From Desulfatiglandales bacterium (GTDB lineage Bacteria > Desulfobacterota > DSM-4660 > Desulfatiglandales > Desulfatiglandaceae), in NCBI GenBank assembly GCA_963666345.1, contig OY762721.1:3360001-3424000 (forward strand): a DNA stretch of 64,000 nucleotides. Direction: 5' to 3'. The notes beneath the pieces were generated by a model. The model had not been told where the DNA came from. It saw only the letters and a program-made list of their open reading frames with translations, and ran no database searches. Below, piece after piece: positions 9,626 through 18,692 of the stretch (positions are counted from its first letter, which is position 1; each line of letters begins with the position of its first letter). The translations under genes and the position numbers were made by a program.

Positions 9626-10378
9626 CTACACCATCCCGTAGCCGCCGTCCACGCAGAGGAGCTGGCCCGTGATATAGCTGCTCTCATCGGATGCAAGAAA
9701 GACGAATGCCGGGGCTATATCCTCGGGCTCGGCAAAGCGCCTGAGCAGTATGCGGTTCATATATATCTCCCTCAGTTTTTCATCCGTTCTGATTTTTTCG
9801 GTCATATCGGTGGCCACGATTCCAAGAGAGATGACATTGGCGCATATGCCGTATCGGGCAAGCTCACGGGCGATCGACTTGGTCATGCTCAGTATGCCCC
9901 CCTTTGCCGCGCTGTAGTTTATCTGGCCGACCGTGCCCACCAGTCCGGCAACCGAGGTAACGTTTATTATCTTGCCGCTTTTTTGCTCTTTCATATGAAG
10001 GGCTGCCGCCTGTGAGCAGAGAAACGCGCCCTTAAGATGTATGTCCACCACCTGGTCCCACTGCTCCTCGGTCATCTTGACCATCAGGGCGGGGCGGGTA
10101 AAACCTGCGTTGTTTACCAGTATGTCGAGCCTGCCGAAACGGTCGATGGCGGCATTTACAAGCCCCTGCGCCTCGGATTTTTGAGCCACGTCCGCCTTGA
10201 CTGCAAAGGCATTGCGGCCCATGGCCTTTATGGCGTCGACCACCTCGTCAGCGGCCTTTTCATTTGAGGTGTAATTTACGATCAGGTCCGCTCCATCCTT
10301 TGCAAAACCGAGGGCCACGGATCTGCCCACACCTCTACTGCTTCCCGTTACAAGAGCTATTTTATTTTTTAGCCTCAT
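9626..10378 (-). CDS. short-chain dehydrogenase/reductase, FabG-like (3-oxoacyl-CoA/ACP reductase)
   Basis: TGSSRGVG, NNAG, catalytic YSAAK, and GQLLCVDGG. Confidence 0.85.
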   Translation of the reverse strand: MRLKNKIALVTGSSRGVGRSVALGFAKDGADLIVNYTSNEKAADEVVDAIKAMGRNAFAVKADVAQKSEAQGLVNAAIDRFGRLDILVNNAGFTRPALMVKMTEEQWDQVVDIHLKGAFLCSQAAALHMKEQKSGKIINVTSVAGLVGTVGQINYSAAKGGILSMTKSIARELARYGICANVISLGIVATDMTEKIRTDEKLREIYMNRILLRRFAEPEDIAPAFVFLASDESSYITGQLLCVDGGYGMV

Positions 10379-10500
10379 TATGTTATACCTTTCTTGAAAA
10401 TCACGCTTTGAGGTTTCCGATTGTTTTTCGTCAAGATTGATACGGCAAACAAAAAAAGCCCTCCCGCAGGGCGGGGAAGTTGAATGAGATCGGCAGAAAT

Positions 10501-10557
10501 AACTACAATATAGTTACAATATAGTTATAATTTAGGAAAAAGCACATTTGTTGTCAA
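10501..10557 (-). promoter_or_regulatory. putative sigma70 promoter of the SDR-had-oah-dch operon with overlapping 11-bp tandem repeats
   Basis: Minus-strand TTGACA (10552-10557), 17-bp spacer, TAAATT (10529-10534). ACAATATAGTT is repeated at 10505-10526, over the predicted start site. Confidence 0.45.
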
Positions 10558-10809
10558 GGAAAATTGAAGTATCTCTTTTAAGGAAAAAATGGTTTTTGAA
10601 AGGCCGAAATCATTAAAATCGATCGGTAACAGAGAAGGTCGAATAAATTATCTTCTCTGACAAGATTTATTTCAATAAAGAAGATCCGGTTCCGACGGCC
10701 ATGTCGGGAAAAGGGGCACGATTACGTCTTTGATCGGCAGGAAAGGCAAAAGAAGGGCAACGTTATTGTTTATACGGGAAAGGCGGGAAAAGGGAGAAGG
10801 GGTTAAGGG

Positions 10810-11958
10810 ATGAGGTACACATTTGTGCAACTCAGGAAGGAGAGGTTTTTCAATATACTTCTCGGTACCATCTCGGTTATCCTCTTCGGGGCGGTTACCG
10901 TCTTTTTCGCGGACAACTATTACAGCGAAAGGGGCCTCACAGGTATTTTCGACGCGGTATGGTGGGCGGTGGTAACGATCGCAACGGTCGGTTACGGGGA
11001 TATAGTGCCCACCAGCACCGTAGGGAAGATAGCCGGTCTTATAGTAATCATAAGCGGTCCGGTGCTTCTCTCTCTTGTAACCGCCTCTGTGGCATCCGTG
11101 CTGGTTGAAAAGAAGATAATGGAGGGAAAGGGTTTGGAGGCCGTAAGAGATAAGGATCACGTAATTGTATGCGGCTGGAACGAAAACGGTGATGCCGTTA
11201 TAGGGGGCATATCGGACCAGTCAGAGGGATCTGTTATCGTGCTCGTAAACGAGCTTGACAGAGACGACTTTCAGACCATTCAGTACAGGCACAAAGAGCA
11301 GGAGCTTCGTTTTGTAAGGGGAAATTTCGTCAAGGAGGATGTGCTTGCCAGGGCCAATCTTGCCAGGGCCAGAGCCGCCATAGTTCTGGCCGATACCTCG
11401 GGCGGCCACGCCATCGAAAAGGCGGACGAGCGGACCATCTTCGGGACCATGGCGATAAAGGCGATGGCCTCCAAGGTGAGGACCTGTGCCGAGTTGATCC
11501 ATTCGGAAAACAGGGAACACCTGAGAAGGGCCAATGTGGACGAGATCCTGGTGAGGGGTGAGTCGGCCGGTTCCATGCTGGCAAAGGCCGCGACCGCCCC
11601 CGGTATAACCGACGCGCTCAGGCTTCTGATTAACGACAGGGACGAAAACAAGTTGTGGCGCTTACCAGCGACCAGATATGAAGGCAGGGCAGTGGCCGAA
11701 ATGGCCTCTGCCATGCGCGAAAGACATGGGGCGATGATCGTCGCGGTGATAAAAGAGAAACAGCGCATGTCCATCAATGATATACTCTCTGATGACCTCA
11801 CTCTTGTGGACCAGTTCATAAAGAGAAAGTTTGAGGAGTCAGGCAAGGATTTTTTCGGTGAAAAAAAGGACGTATCGGTCATACTCAATCCTGATTATGA
11901 TTACGAATTAAACCCCGGTGACTGGGTGCTCGTGCTTTCAAAGGAAAGACCCTATTAG
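10810..11958 (+). CDS. potassium channel (2-TM pore plus TrkA-N/RCK domain)
   Basis: Selectivity filter WWAVVTIATVGYGD followed by the Rossmann HVIVCGWN RCK domain. Confidence 0.92.
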   Translation: MRYTFVQLRKERFFNILLGTISVILFGAVTVFFADNYYSERGLTGIFDAVWWAVVTIATVGYGDIVPTSTVGKIAGLIVIISGPVLLSLVTASVASVLVEKKIMEGKGLEAVRDKDHVIVCGWNENGDAVIGGISDQSEGSVIVLVNELDRDDFQTIQYRHKEQELRFVRGNFVKEDVLARANLARARAAIVLADTSGGHAIEKADERTIFGTMAIKAMASKVRTCAELIHSENREHLRRANVDEILVRGESAGSMLAKAATAPGITDALRLLINDRDENKLWRLPATRYEGRAVAEMASAMRERHGAMIVAVIKEKQRMSINDILSDDLTLVDQFIKRKFEESGKDFFGEKKDVSVILNPDYDYELNPGDWVLVLSKERPY

Positions 11959-11967
11959 GGGAGCGCC

Positions 11968-12498
11968 TTGGTAAATCCGATTTCAAAGGGTGCCCGTACG
12001 ATGGATAGGACTTTTAGAGATATCCCGATTTTCAGTTCACTTGATGAGTCTGAAATCTCGGATGTGATGAAGATCACAAGGGAGAAAAGATTCACTCAAG
12101 GCGATGTGATAATGAGGGAAGGGGACGACGGGGACACCATGTATCTGGTGCTTGAGGGAGAGCTGGAGGTGTCAAAGACACTTACCATGAAATTTGAAGA
12201 GGACGATTACAGGGAGGGCGAGAAGATCCTTACGAGATACCGGCCAGATGATCACGCGGTTTTCGGGGAGATGGCGCTGATCGGAAGATACCCCAGGTCG
12301 GCCACCATATCCGCCATGAGCGACTGCAGGCTGCTTGAGATAAACAGGGAAGATTTCATGAAATTACTGGAAGAAAACCCGGCGGTGGGTGCAAGGGTTC
12401 TAATCAAGATCTCAGAATCGCTCATAGCCAGACTCAGGCAATCAAGCAGAGACATAACAAGGCTTTCGACCGCCCTTTCGGTTGCCCTCGGCAAATAG
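11968..12498 (+). CDS. stand-alone cyclic nucleotide-binding domain protein
   Basis: IMREGDDGDTMYLVLEG and the phosphate-binding cassette FGEMALIGRYPRSAT; no HTH; alternative ATG at 12001. Confidence 0.85.
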   Translation: MVNPISKGARTMDRTFRDIPIFSSLDESEISDVMKITREKRFTQGDVIMREGDDGDTMYLVLEGELEVSKTLTMKFEEDDYREGEKILTRYRPDDHAVFGEMALIGRYPRSATISAMSDCRLLEINREDFMKLLEENPAVGARVLIKISESLIARLRQSSRDITRLSTALSVALGK

Positions 12499-12516
12499 AC
12501 GACAAAAGGGATTATA

Positions 12517-13320
12517 ATGCTGCCAAATAAACCGTATGATACGACAAGAGTCTTTCTGACCGTGATAATTGTGCTCTGCCTTTCGGGATGTGCAAGGGAA
12601 AGGCATGTGGTGAAATCGATCCCTCAGCCCATAAAAAAGCTTGTAATTCCGGATAAGATCACAGATCCCTCGTTCAGGCCCTATGATATAAACGGGGAAA
12701 AATATTATCCACTTCCCAGCGCGGACGGTTTTGTTCAATATGGCAAGGTATCCTGGTACGGAAAAAAATTTCACGGCCGTCCTACAGCAAGCGGTGAGAT
12801 CTACAATATGTACAAGAAGAGCGCCGCGCACAAGACCCTTCCCCTGGGGACGATCGTGAAGGTTATCAACCTCGACAACAACAGAGAGACGGTCGTCAGG
12901 ATCAATGACCGTGGGCCTTTTGTGAAAGGCAGGATCATAGATCTGTCATATGCAACCGCAAAGGAGGTCGGACTGGTTCGACAGGGCGTTGCCCGGGCCA
13001 AGATTATTGCACTGGGCAAAGAGGTCGGAAGGCTCAAGTCGCCTCAGGGTCTTAAACCGGTTCTTGAGGTGGGAAGCCTGACAAAGGGTGAATTCGTGGT
13101 TCAGATAGGGGCCTTCAAGAAAAAGGAAAATGCCTTGAGGCTTGCTGACAGACTTGGTGTTATTTTCAATTATGTGGACATTACCATCTTCGATGATGCC
13201 TACAGGGGAATCCTTTACCGGCTGCGCGTCTCCAAGTCCAAGACCCTGGAAGAGGCGGGCAGGGCCGAAAGGAAACTGGAGGATATGGGGTTCAAGGAGG
13301 CCTTCGTGGTCAGCCTTTAA
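12517..13320 (+). CDS. rlpA: septal ring lytic transglycosylase RlpA with SPOR domain
   Basis: Lipobox LSGC; SWYG..FHGRPTASGE; AAHKTLP; VRINDRGPFVKGRIIDLS; C-terminal SPOR VQIGAF. Confidence 0.93.
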   Translation: MLPNKPYDTTRVFLTVIIVLCLSGCARERHVVKSIPQPIKKLVIPDKITDPSFRPYDINGEKYYPLPSADGFVQYGKVSWYGKKFHGRPTASGEIYNMYKKSAAHKTLPLGTIVKVINLDNNRETVVRINDRGPFVKGRIIDLSYATAKEVGLVRQGVARAKIIALGKEVGRLKSPQGLKPVLEVGSLTKGEFVVQIGAFKKKENALRLADRLGVIFNYVDITIFDDAYRGILYRLRVSKSKTLEEAGRAERKLEDMGFKEAFVVSL

Positions 13321-13603
13321 CGTCCTGGTTTACCTTGTTTCTGAGCACGCCTGAAGTCTTGAAAACGACCACACGTCTGGCCCTCAACTGAAGGTCTTTC
13401 GTGGTCTGGGGATTTCTTCCGCGTCTTGCCGCCTTGCCCTTTACTATGAATTTTCCGAATCCGCTTATGAGGACATCCTCCTGTTCAGCGAGAGATCCTT
13501 TGATCAGCTCCAGAAGTTTTTCCACAACAGAACGGGAGTTGCTCTTGCTGAGTCCTACCTGGTGGTAGATATCATCGATTATCTTTTCTTTGGTAAGGGC
13601 CAC
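13310..13603 (-). CDS. ihfA: integration host factor subunit alpha
   Basis: GTG start at 13603 after GGAGG; ALTKEKII...VLISGFGKF...GRNPQT...RRVVVFKTSGVLR. Confidence 0.88.
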   Translation of the reverse strand: MALTKEKIIDDIYHQVGLSKSNSRSVVEKLLELIKGSLAEQEDVLISGFGKFIVKGKAARRGRNPQTTKDLQLRARRVVVFKTSGVLRNKVNQDVKG

Positions 13604-13695
13604 CTTTCCTCCTCCTGGTATAAGTGCGGTTTGAGGCGACAAGTAAAGATCTACGGAAAATACATCAAATAATATGAATTATGCCTTAAATGGTG

Positions 13696-14196
13696 TCAAG
13701 TGTTTTTTATTTGCCGGAATTTCTCTTTTAGCTTATGATTTACCACACTTGGCACCAGTGAACTGACATCGCCGCCCAGGCTGGCGGCCTCTTTTATTAT
13801 GGTTGAACTGGTGTAGAACCACTTATATTCGGTCATCAGGAAAATTGACTGGACATTCCTGTTCAGCTTTCGATTCATGAGCGCCATCTGAAACTCGTTT
13901 TCAAAATCGGAAAGTGCCCTAAGGCCCCTTAATATGACATTTGAGCCTTTTCTTACGGCATAGTCCACAAGCAGGCCGTCAAAGGAGTCGACCTCGACAT
14001 GGTCCCCTTCTCTGCTTAGGGCCTCCTTTATCATGCATATCCTTTCCCCCAGAGTAAAAAGCGGCCTTTTTTGAGGATTGATCAGTATGGCAACCACCAG
14101 TTTGTCAAATATCTTAAGGCCCCTCCTTACGATACTCAGATGTCCGTTTGTAATGGGGTCAAAAGACCCGGGATAAATTGCCAGCCTTCCATTCAT
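13696..14196 (-). CDS. coaD: pantetheine-phosphate adenylyltransferase
   Basis: AIYPGSFDPITNGH, RGLRALSDFENE, SSTIIKE. Confidence 0.97.
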   Translation of the reverse strand: MNGRLAIYPGSFDPITNGHLSIVRRGLKIFDKLVVAILINPQKRPLFTLGERICMIKEALSREGDHVEVDSFDGLLVDYAVRKGSNVILRGLRALSDFENEFQMALMNRKLNRNVQSIFLMTEYKWFYTSSTIIKEAASLGGDVSSLVPSVVNHKLKEKFRQIKNT

Positions 14197-14762
14197 ATTT
14201 GGCTAACCTCACATCTGTAGAAAGTAATTTTTGTATCTCCGTACAATCTTTCATCTTCAAGTTCGAGGACTCCCGAAGGAGAGGAAACTTTTTCGTTTTT
14301 GTAGGACTCCGCCACCACACAGGCCCCCGGCGAGAGTATCTTCCCGTTTGAGATTTCTTCGAGAATCTTGGGAAGCAAGCCCTTACCATAGGGAGGATCA
14401 AGAAAAACAAGATCAAAAAGGCCCGTGGCAAACAATCGCGAGGACGGGATTCCTCTTGCAAGATCCCACCTGAATGTAAGGCCCGATTTTTCAAATCCGC
14501 ACAGGGCCAGGTTTTTTTGCAGGATACCGAGGGCCCGAGAAGATTTGTCTACAAACAGCGTTTCGAGCGCCCCTCTGCTGAGGGCCTCAATTCCAAGCGT
14601 TCCGGCTCCGGAAAAGAGATCCATGACCCGAAATCCCTTCACGTCCTGACCCAGGATGTTGAATATCGCCTCTCTGACGTTATCGGAGGTAGGCCTGATT
14701 TTGAGCCCTTTGAGCGTGGAAAGACTCCGGCCTTTGTGCTTACCGCCGGTGATTCTCATCAA
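14193..14762 (-). CDS. rsmD: 16S rRNA (guanine966-N2)-methyltransferase
   Basis: MRITGG..KG, RPTSD.VREAIFN, DLFSGAG.LGIEALSRGA, FLDPPY; upstream of coaD. Confidence 0.95.
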   Translation of the reverse strand: MMRITGGKHKGRSLSTLKGLKIRPTSDNVREAIFNILGQDVKGFRVMDLFSGAGTLGIEALSRGALETLFVDKSSRALGILQKNLALCGFEKSGLTFRWDLARGIPSSRLFATGLFDLVFLDPPYGKGLLPKILEEISNGKILSPGACVVAESYKNEKVSSPSGVLELEDERLYGDTKITFYRCEVSQI

Positions 14763-15549
14763 AGGCTACCTGATTGCCGGCGGCGGGTTCATCCGTCTCC
14801 TTCTTTTTTATTGCCGTCTCCACCCTTCTATGGCGGAAGAGGGCCTGGATCGGACCCGAAACCAGATAACTGGCTAACATTAGAAAGAGCAGTATTTTGG
14901 GCCTGTAGGTAATAACAATGCATATAAGAATGGTTCCGACCAGCACGCTGAAGGGTTTCTGCTTTTTCAATTCCAGTTCCTTGAAACTGGCATAATCTAT
15001 GGTACTCACCATGAGAAATGAGAGGACATACACGAGCGCGAAGACAAATATGTGAGGGGACTCGGGGATCCAGCCTATGGCGTCGGTAAAGAGTATAAGA
15101 GAAGCAATTGAGCCGGCGGCGGCCGGTATTGGAAGCCCTTTGAATCTGTTGGGCGCTACTATCTCCTTCTGTATGTTGAACCTTGCCAGACGAAGGGCCC
15201 CGCAGATCACGTAAGTAAAACATGCAAGCCACCCGAGTCTTCCGAGGGGCTCAAGCGCCCACTGAAACGCCAGCACCCCGGGGGCCACGCCAAAGGCCAC
15301 CAGGTCGGACAGTGAGTCATACTCCTTCCCGAAGTCGCTTTCCGTTCCGGTAAACCTGGCCACCTTGCCGTCCAGCAGGTCGAAGACGCAGGATATGAGA
15401 ATTGCAGTGGAGGCAGCTACAAAACGCCCCTGAATGGCGGCTATGATGGCGTAAAAACCACCGAAAAGGCTCGCCGAGGTGAACATGTTGGGGAGCACGT
15501 ATATGCCTTTTCTATCCCTTTTAACCATCTCTCTTTTTTTATGTCTCAT
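14740..15549 (-). CDS. pssA: CDP-diacylglycerol--serine O-phosphatidyltransferase
   Basis: LPNMFT, CDP-alcohol motif DLLDGKVAR...GKEYDSLSDLVAFGVAP, ALRLARFN. Confidence 0.95.
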   Translation of the reverse strand: MRHKKREMVKRDRKGIYVLPNMFTSASLFGGFYAIIAAIQGRFVAASTAILISCVFDLLDGKVARFTGTESDFGKEYDSLSDLVAFGVAPGVLAFQWALEPLGRLGWLACFTYVICGALRLARFNIQKEIVAPNRFKGLPIPAAAGSIASLILFTDAIGWIPESPHIFVFALVYVLSFLMVSTIDYASFKELELKKQKPFSVLVGTILICIVITYRPKILLFLMLASYLVSGPIQALFRHRRVETAIKKKETDEPAAGNQVAFDENHRR

Positions 15550-16211
15550 GGCAGATTCGCTATGACGGTCATTCCCGCTTTTACCTTCTGACCCGGCACG
15601 GCCTTTATTTCGGAACCAACAGGAAGGTATACCTCAAGCCTTGAGCCGAAACGGATAAGACCGAAGCGCTGACCCCTGTCGACCTTGTCCCCTTCTTTTA
15701 CCCAGCATGCGATACGCCTTGCTATCAGACCGGCGATCTGTATAAAGACTATCGGCCTTGAGCCGGTGGTTTCAAGGGTAATGATATTCCTTTCATTAAG
15801 TTTTGAGGCCTTCTCCAGGCTGGCGGCAAAGAATTTGCCCGGCAGATAGGAGATCTTTTTTATTGTGCCTTCTGCCGGAACCCTGTTCACATGCACGTTA
15901 AAGACCGACATAAATATGCTGATCTTTAAAACGGCCTCACCTGAGGGGCTTTCATCTCCTGTTATCTCCTCAACCGCCAGGACCCTGCCGTCGGCTGGGG
16001 TAAGGATCTCTCCTTCTTTCGCGCTGTTGTTCCTTTCAGGATCCCTGAAAAAGAAACATATAAAAAGGCTGATCAACCCTGTGATAATTGCAATAAAAGA
16101 AAGTCCGAGTAATGCAAAAACAAGGGTAATTAACCAGCCTGCGCACATGAACGGGAGCCCTTCTTTCGCAAAGGGCCATTTATTGTAGATACGATTGTTG
16201 TTTGATTTCAA
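15546..16211 (-). CDS. psd: phosphatidylserine decarboxylase proenzyme
   Basis: FFRDPER, PADG, SIFMSVFNVHVNR, QIAGLIARRI, FGS cleavage motif. Confidence 0.95.
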   Translation of the reverse strand: MKSNNNRIYNKWPFAKEGLPFMCAGWLITLVFALLGLSFIAIITGLISLFICFFFRDPERNNSAKEGEILTPADGRVLAVEEITGDESPSGEAVLKISIFMSVFNVHVNRVPAEGTIKKISYLPGKFFAASLEKASKLNERNIITLETTGSRPIVFIQIAGLIARRIACWVKEGDKVDRGQRFGLIRFGSRLEVYLPVGSEIKAVPGQKVKAGMTVIANLP

Positions 16212-16667
16212 AATTGAGTCTCTGATTGTGCCCCGAAAAGTCGGATTAATACGCCTACATTGCAGATAGCTAAAACCGCGCTTACCCGGGGCTTATGTAA
16301 AATAATAAAACTACATTATATTTCTAAATGTTACTTTGTCAATGTCCTTATCGGAAACCGTATGATTATCCGGGTGTTTGACGGCCTTTTGAGTCGCTTT
16401 GCCAGGCATGAGGGCGGATTCGAAGAGCCAGGGGCTCCAGTGGAGAGCATGCCTCCTGTTTTATTTTTTTTGGGGTATTTGTTTCCGGTACGCTCCGGCC
16501 CCGGCGCTATTTCTCCGGCCTTCTCCAGCCTTTACGGAGAAATGGCCGCATCTGCGGGCTTTTGCAGACGCTACCTTCTCTGACAGGGCACCGTGGAAAG
16601 AAAGCCCTGTCTGCGGCCGCTGTGACTCCCCGTGCTATCTTTTTATGAGATAAGACCGGGAAAAAGA

Positions 16668-16780
16668 GCCCCGGCGCCTGCGCTTGTGTGTAAGGCAGGC
16701 AGAGGTATTGAAAAAAGGGAGGCTTTTCCCTTTCCCGCATTTCCCGCCTTTCTCGCTTAATTATAACAAATAACGAATAA
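16668..16780 (+). repeat. dispersed intergenic repeat, copy A
   Basis: GCCCCGGC.CCTGCG...GTAAGGCAGGCAGAGGTAT...CCTTTCCCGCATTTC.CGCCTTT...AATTATAAC.AATAAC.AATAA, shared with 36881-36997. Confidence 0.7.
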
Positions 16781-16857
16781 CGCTGCACGTCCAGCCTGCT
16801 GGTGCTGCGGCCACGGACTCCTTTTTTGATCTGCTGCCTATCATGGGGTGGAGGCGC

Positions 16858-17556
16858 TCAGCTTCCGGGTGTGTAGTAGGGGTTGGGTCGTATGTCGGGG
16901 GGACGGAGGTAGACCGGCTTTAGGTCATGGGGGTCGTCCGGACCGCGCTCTTTAAGGGCCTTAAGACCCAGAGCACCTACTGATGATGCCTTGAGATTCC
17001 ACAGGTCAGGGGGTGCCAGGTGTGCCTTTGAGTCGAATATGCCTTTTAGGATTCCTGCCTGCAAAGCAAAATTGTTGCCTACAAAAAGAGTGTTTCCTTT
17101 AAAAATTTCGGGAAGATCCCTGAACTTGACCGTGATATCCTCTCCAATCCGTTTTATCAGGGTTTCCGATTCCATTACGAATCTGGCGGTGAAAACCTCA
17201 TCCTTCCTGGAATCTAAAAGAGGAGCCAGACAGAGAGCGGAATAGGGGAGTTGATTGGCAAGCGCCTCAAGGGTGGATACCCCGATGAGCGGTATGTCGA
17301 GCCCGTGAGCGAGGCCTTTGGCAAAGGATATGCCCACCCTTAGCCCGGTAAAGCTTCCGGGACCGTTGGCAACCGCTATTGCATTTATATCACCTGTTGA
17401 AGTAGCGGTTCCCTTTATCATGAAATCAAGGGCAGGCATGAGACCCCCGAAGTGTCGCGCCCCTTTTGATGCCGTGTATTCGCTCAGTATGGTTGCATCA
17501 TTTTCCATAAGGGCGACACTGAACTGGGTCGTGGATGTGTTGATCGCAAGAAGCAT
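16858..17556 (-). CDS. tsaB: tRNA t6A biosynthesis protein TsaB
   Basis: MLLAINTST, GPGSFTGLRVG, GVSTLEALA, LDSRKDEVF, LKPVYLR. Confidence 0.93.
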   Translation of the reverse strand: MLLAINTSTTQFSVALMENDATILSEYTASKGARHFGGLMPALDFMIKGTATSTGDINAIAVANGPGSFTGLRVGISFAKGLAHGLDIPLIGVSTLEALANQLPYSALCLAPLLDSRKDEVFTARFVMESETLIKRIGEDITVKFRDLPEIFKGNTLFVGNNFALQAGILKGIFDSKAHLAPPDLWNLKASSVGALGLKALKERGPDDPHDLKPVYLRPPDIRPNPYYTPGS

Positions 17557-17593
17557 GTTTATCGGACCTGTTTTCTTAGGGGTATCCCACGGG

Positions 17594-18679
17594 CTATTTA
17601 ATGAGTCTTGTAACGTCGTTATAGATTACAAGCACCATGAGGCTTATGAGCAGGAAGAGCCCGATTTTTTGCGCCCATTCTCTTTTTCTGGTGCTCATCG
17701 GTTTTCCAGTTATCAGCTCGAACAGTAAAAACAGTATCATCCCACCATCAAGGATAGGCACGGGAAGCAGATTAAGTATGCCCAGATTTATGCTGATAAC
17801 CGCCATAAAGGGAAAGAGGTATATGATGCCCTCTTTGGCTATCTGACCAGTGAGCTGCCCTATGAGTATCGGCCCGCCCAGCGTCTTTATCGGCACCACC
17901 CTCTGGAACAGTTTCACTATGGTAAGAAGGGTCAGCTCCGTGATCTCCCATGTCTTTATAAAACCCTCTTTTACAGAGTCGATAGGGCCCAGGTTTATTA
18001 ACCGGCTTTTTCCGGAAGCAACCACCCCTATTAGCGGGATCTTTATCTGCTCTCCGAAGATATTTTTTACGACGGAGATCTCAGGCTCAAGGGATACGGA
18101 CAAAAGGGATTTATCCCTTTTCACGGTTATGAGCAGTTCTTCGGACCCGCCCTTTTTTACCGCCCGTTTTATGCCGGGCCAGTTTCCGACCTCGATACCG
18201 TCGATCGCGACTATTATGTCTCCTTTGATAAGGCCGGCTTGATGGGCCGGGGAGCCCTCGGTTACCTGCCCGATTTCAGAGGTCATTACCTCCTTGCCGG
18301 TGGTCATGAAAAAGAGACAGAAGACCAAAAGTGCGAGAAAGAGATTGAAAAAGGGACCGGCCGCCACAATAGCGATACGTTTCATCACGGACTGATTGTT
18401 GAACGATCTTTTTTCTTCCTCCGGGCTTGAAGGGGCCTCATCCTCATCATCGCCGCTTTCCCCCAGCATCTTCACGTAGCCGCCCAGCGGGACCGCGGAG
18501 ACCAGGTACTCGGTCTCTCCGAAGGTACGTCCGAAGATCTTCGGGCCGAAGCCCAGAGAAAACTTAAGGACCTTTACATTGAAGTACTTGGCAACCAGAA
18601 AGTGTCCAAGTTCATGGAAAAAAATCAGAATACCCAATACGAATACAAACGGCAATATATAGTAAATCAAAAAATCCAT
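17594..18679 (-). CDS. rseP: RIP metalloprotease RseP
   Basis: HELGH, AAGP, PDZ domain, NLLPVPILDGG. Confidence 0.96.
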   Translation of the reverse strand: MDFLIYYILPFVFVLGILIFFHELGHFLVAKYFNVKVLKFSLGFGPKIFGRTFGETEYLVSAVPLGGYVKMLGESGDDEDEAPSSPEEEKRSFNNQSVMKRIAIVAAGPFFNLFLALLVFCLFFMTTGKEVMTSEIGQVTEGSPAHQAGLIKGDIIVAIDGIEVGNWPGIKRAVKKGGSEELLITVKRDKSLLSVSLEPEISVVKNIFGEQIKIPLIGVVASGKSRLINLGPIDSVKEGFIKTWEITELTLLTIVKLFQRVVPIKTLGGPILIGQLTGQIAKEGIIYLFPFMAVISINLGILNLLPVPILDGGMILFLLFELITGKPMSTRKREWAQKIGLFLLISLMVLVIYNDVTRLIK

Positions 18680-18692
18680 TTTTCAGTCCTGT

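Noticed and set aside
16260..16788. Short ORFs between psd and tsaB
   Set aside because: No recognisable motifs; they overlap one another and the dispersed repeat
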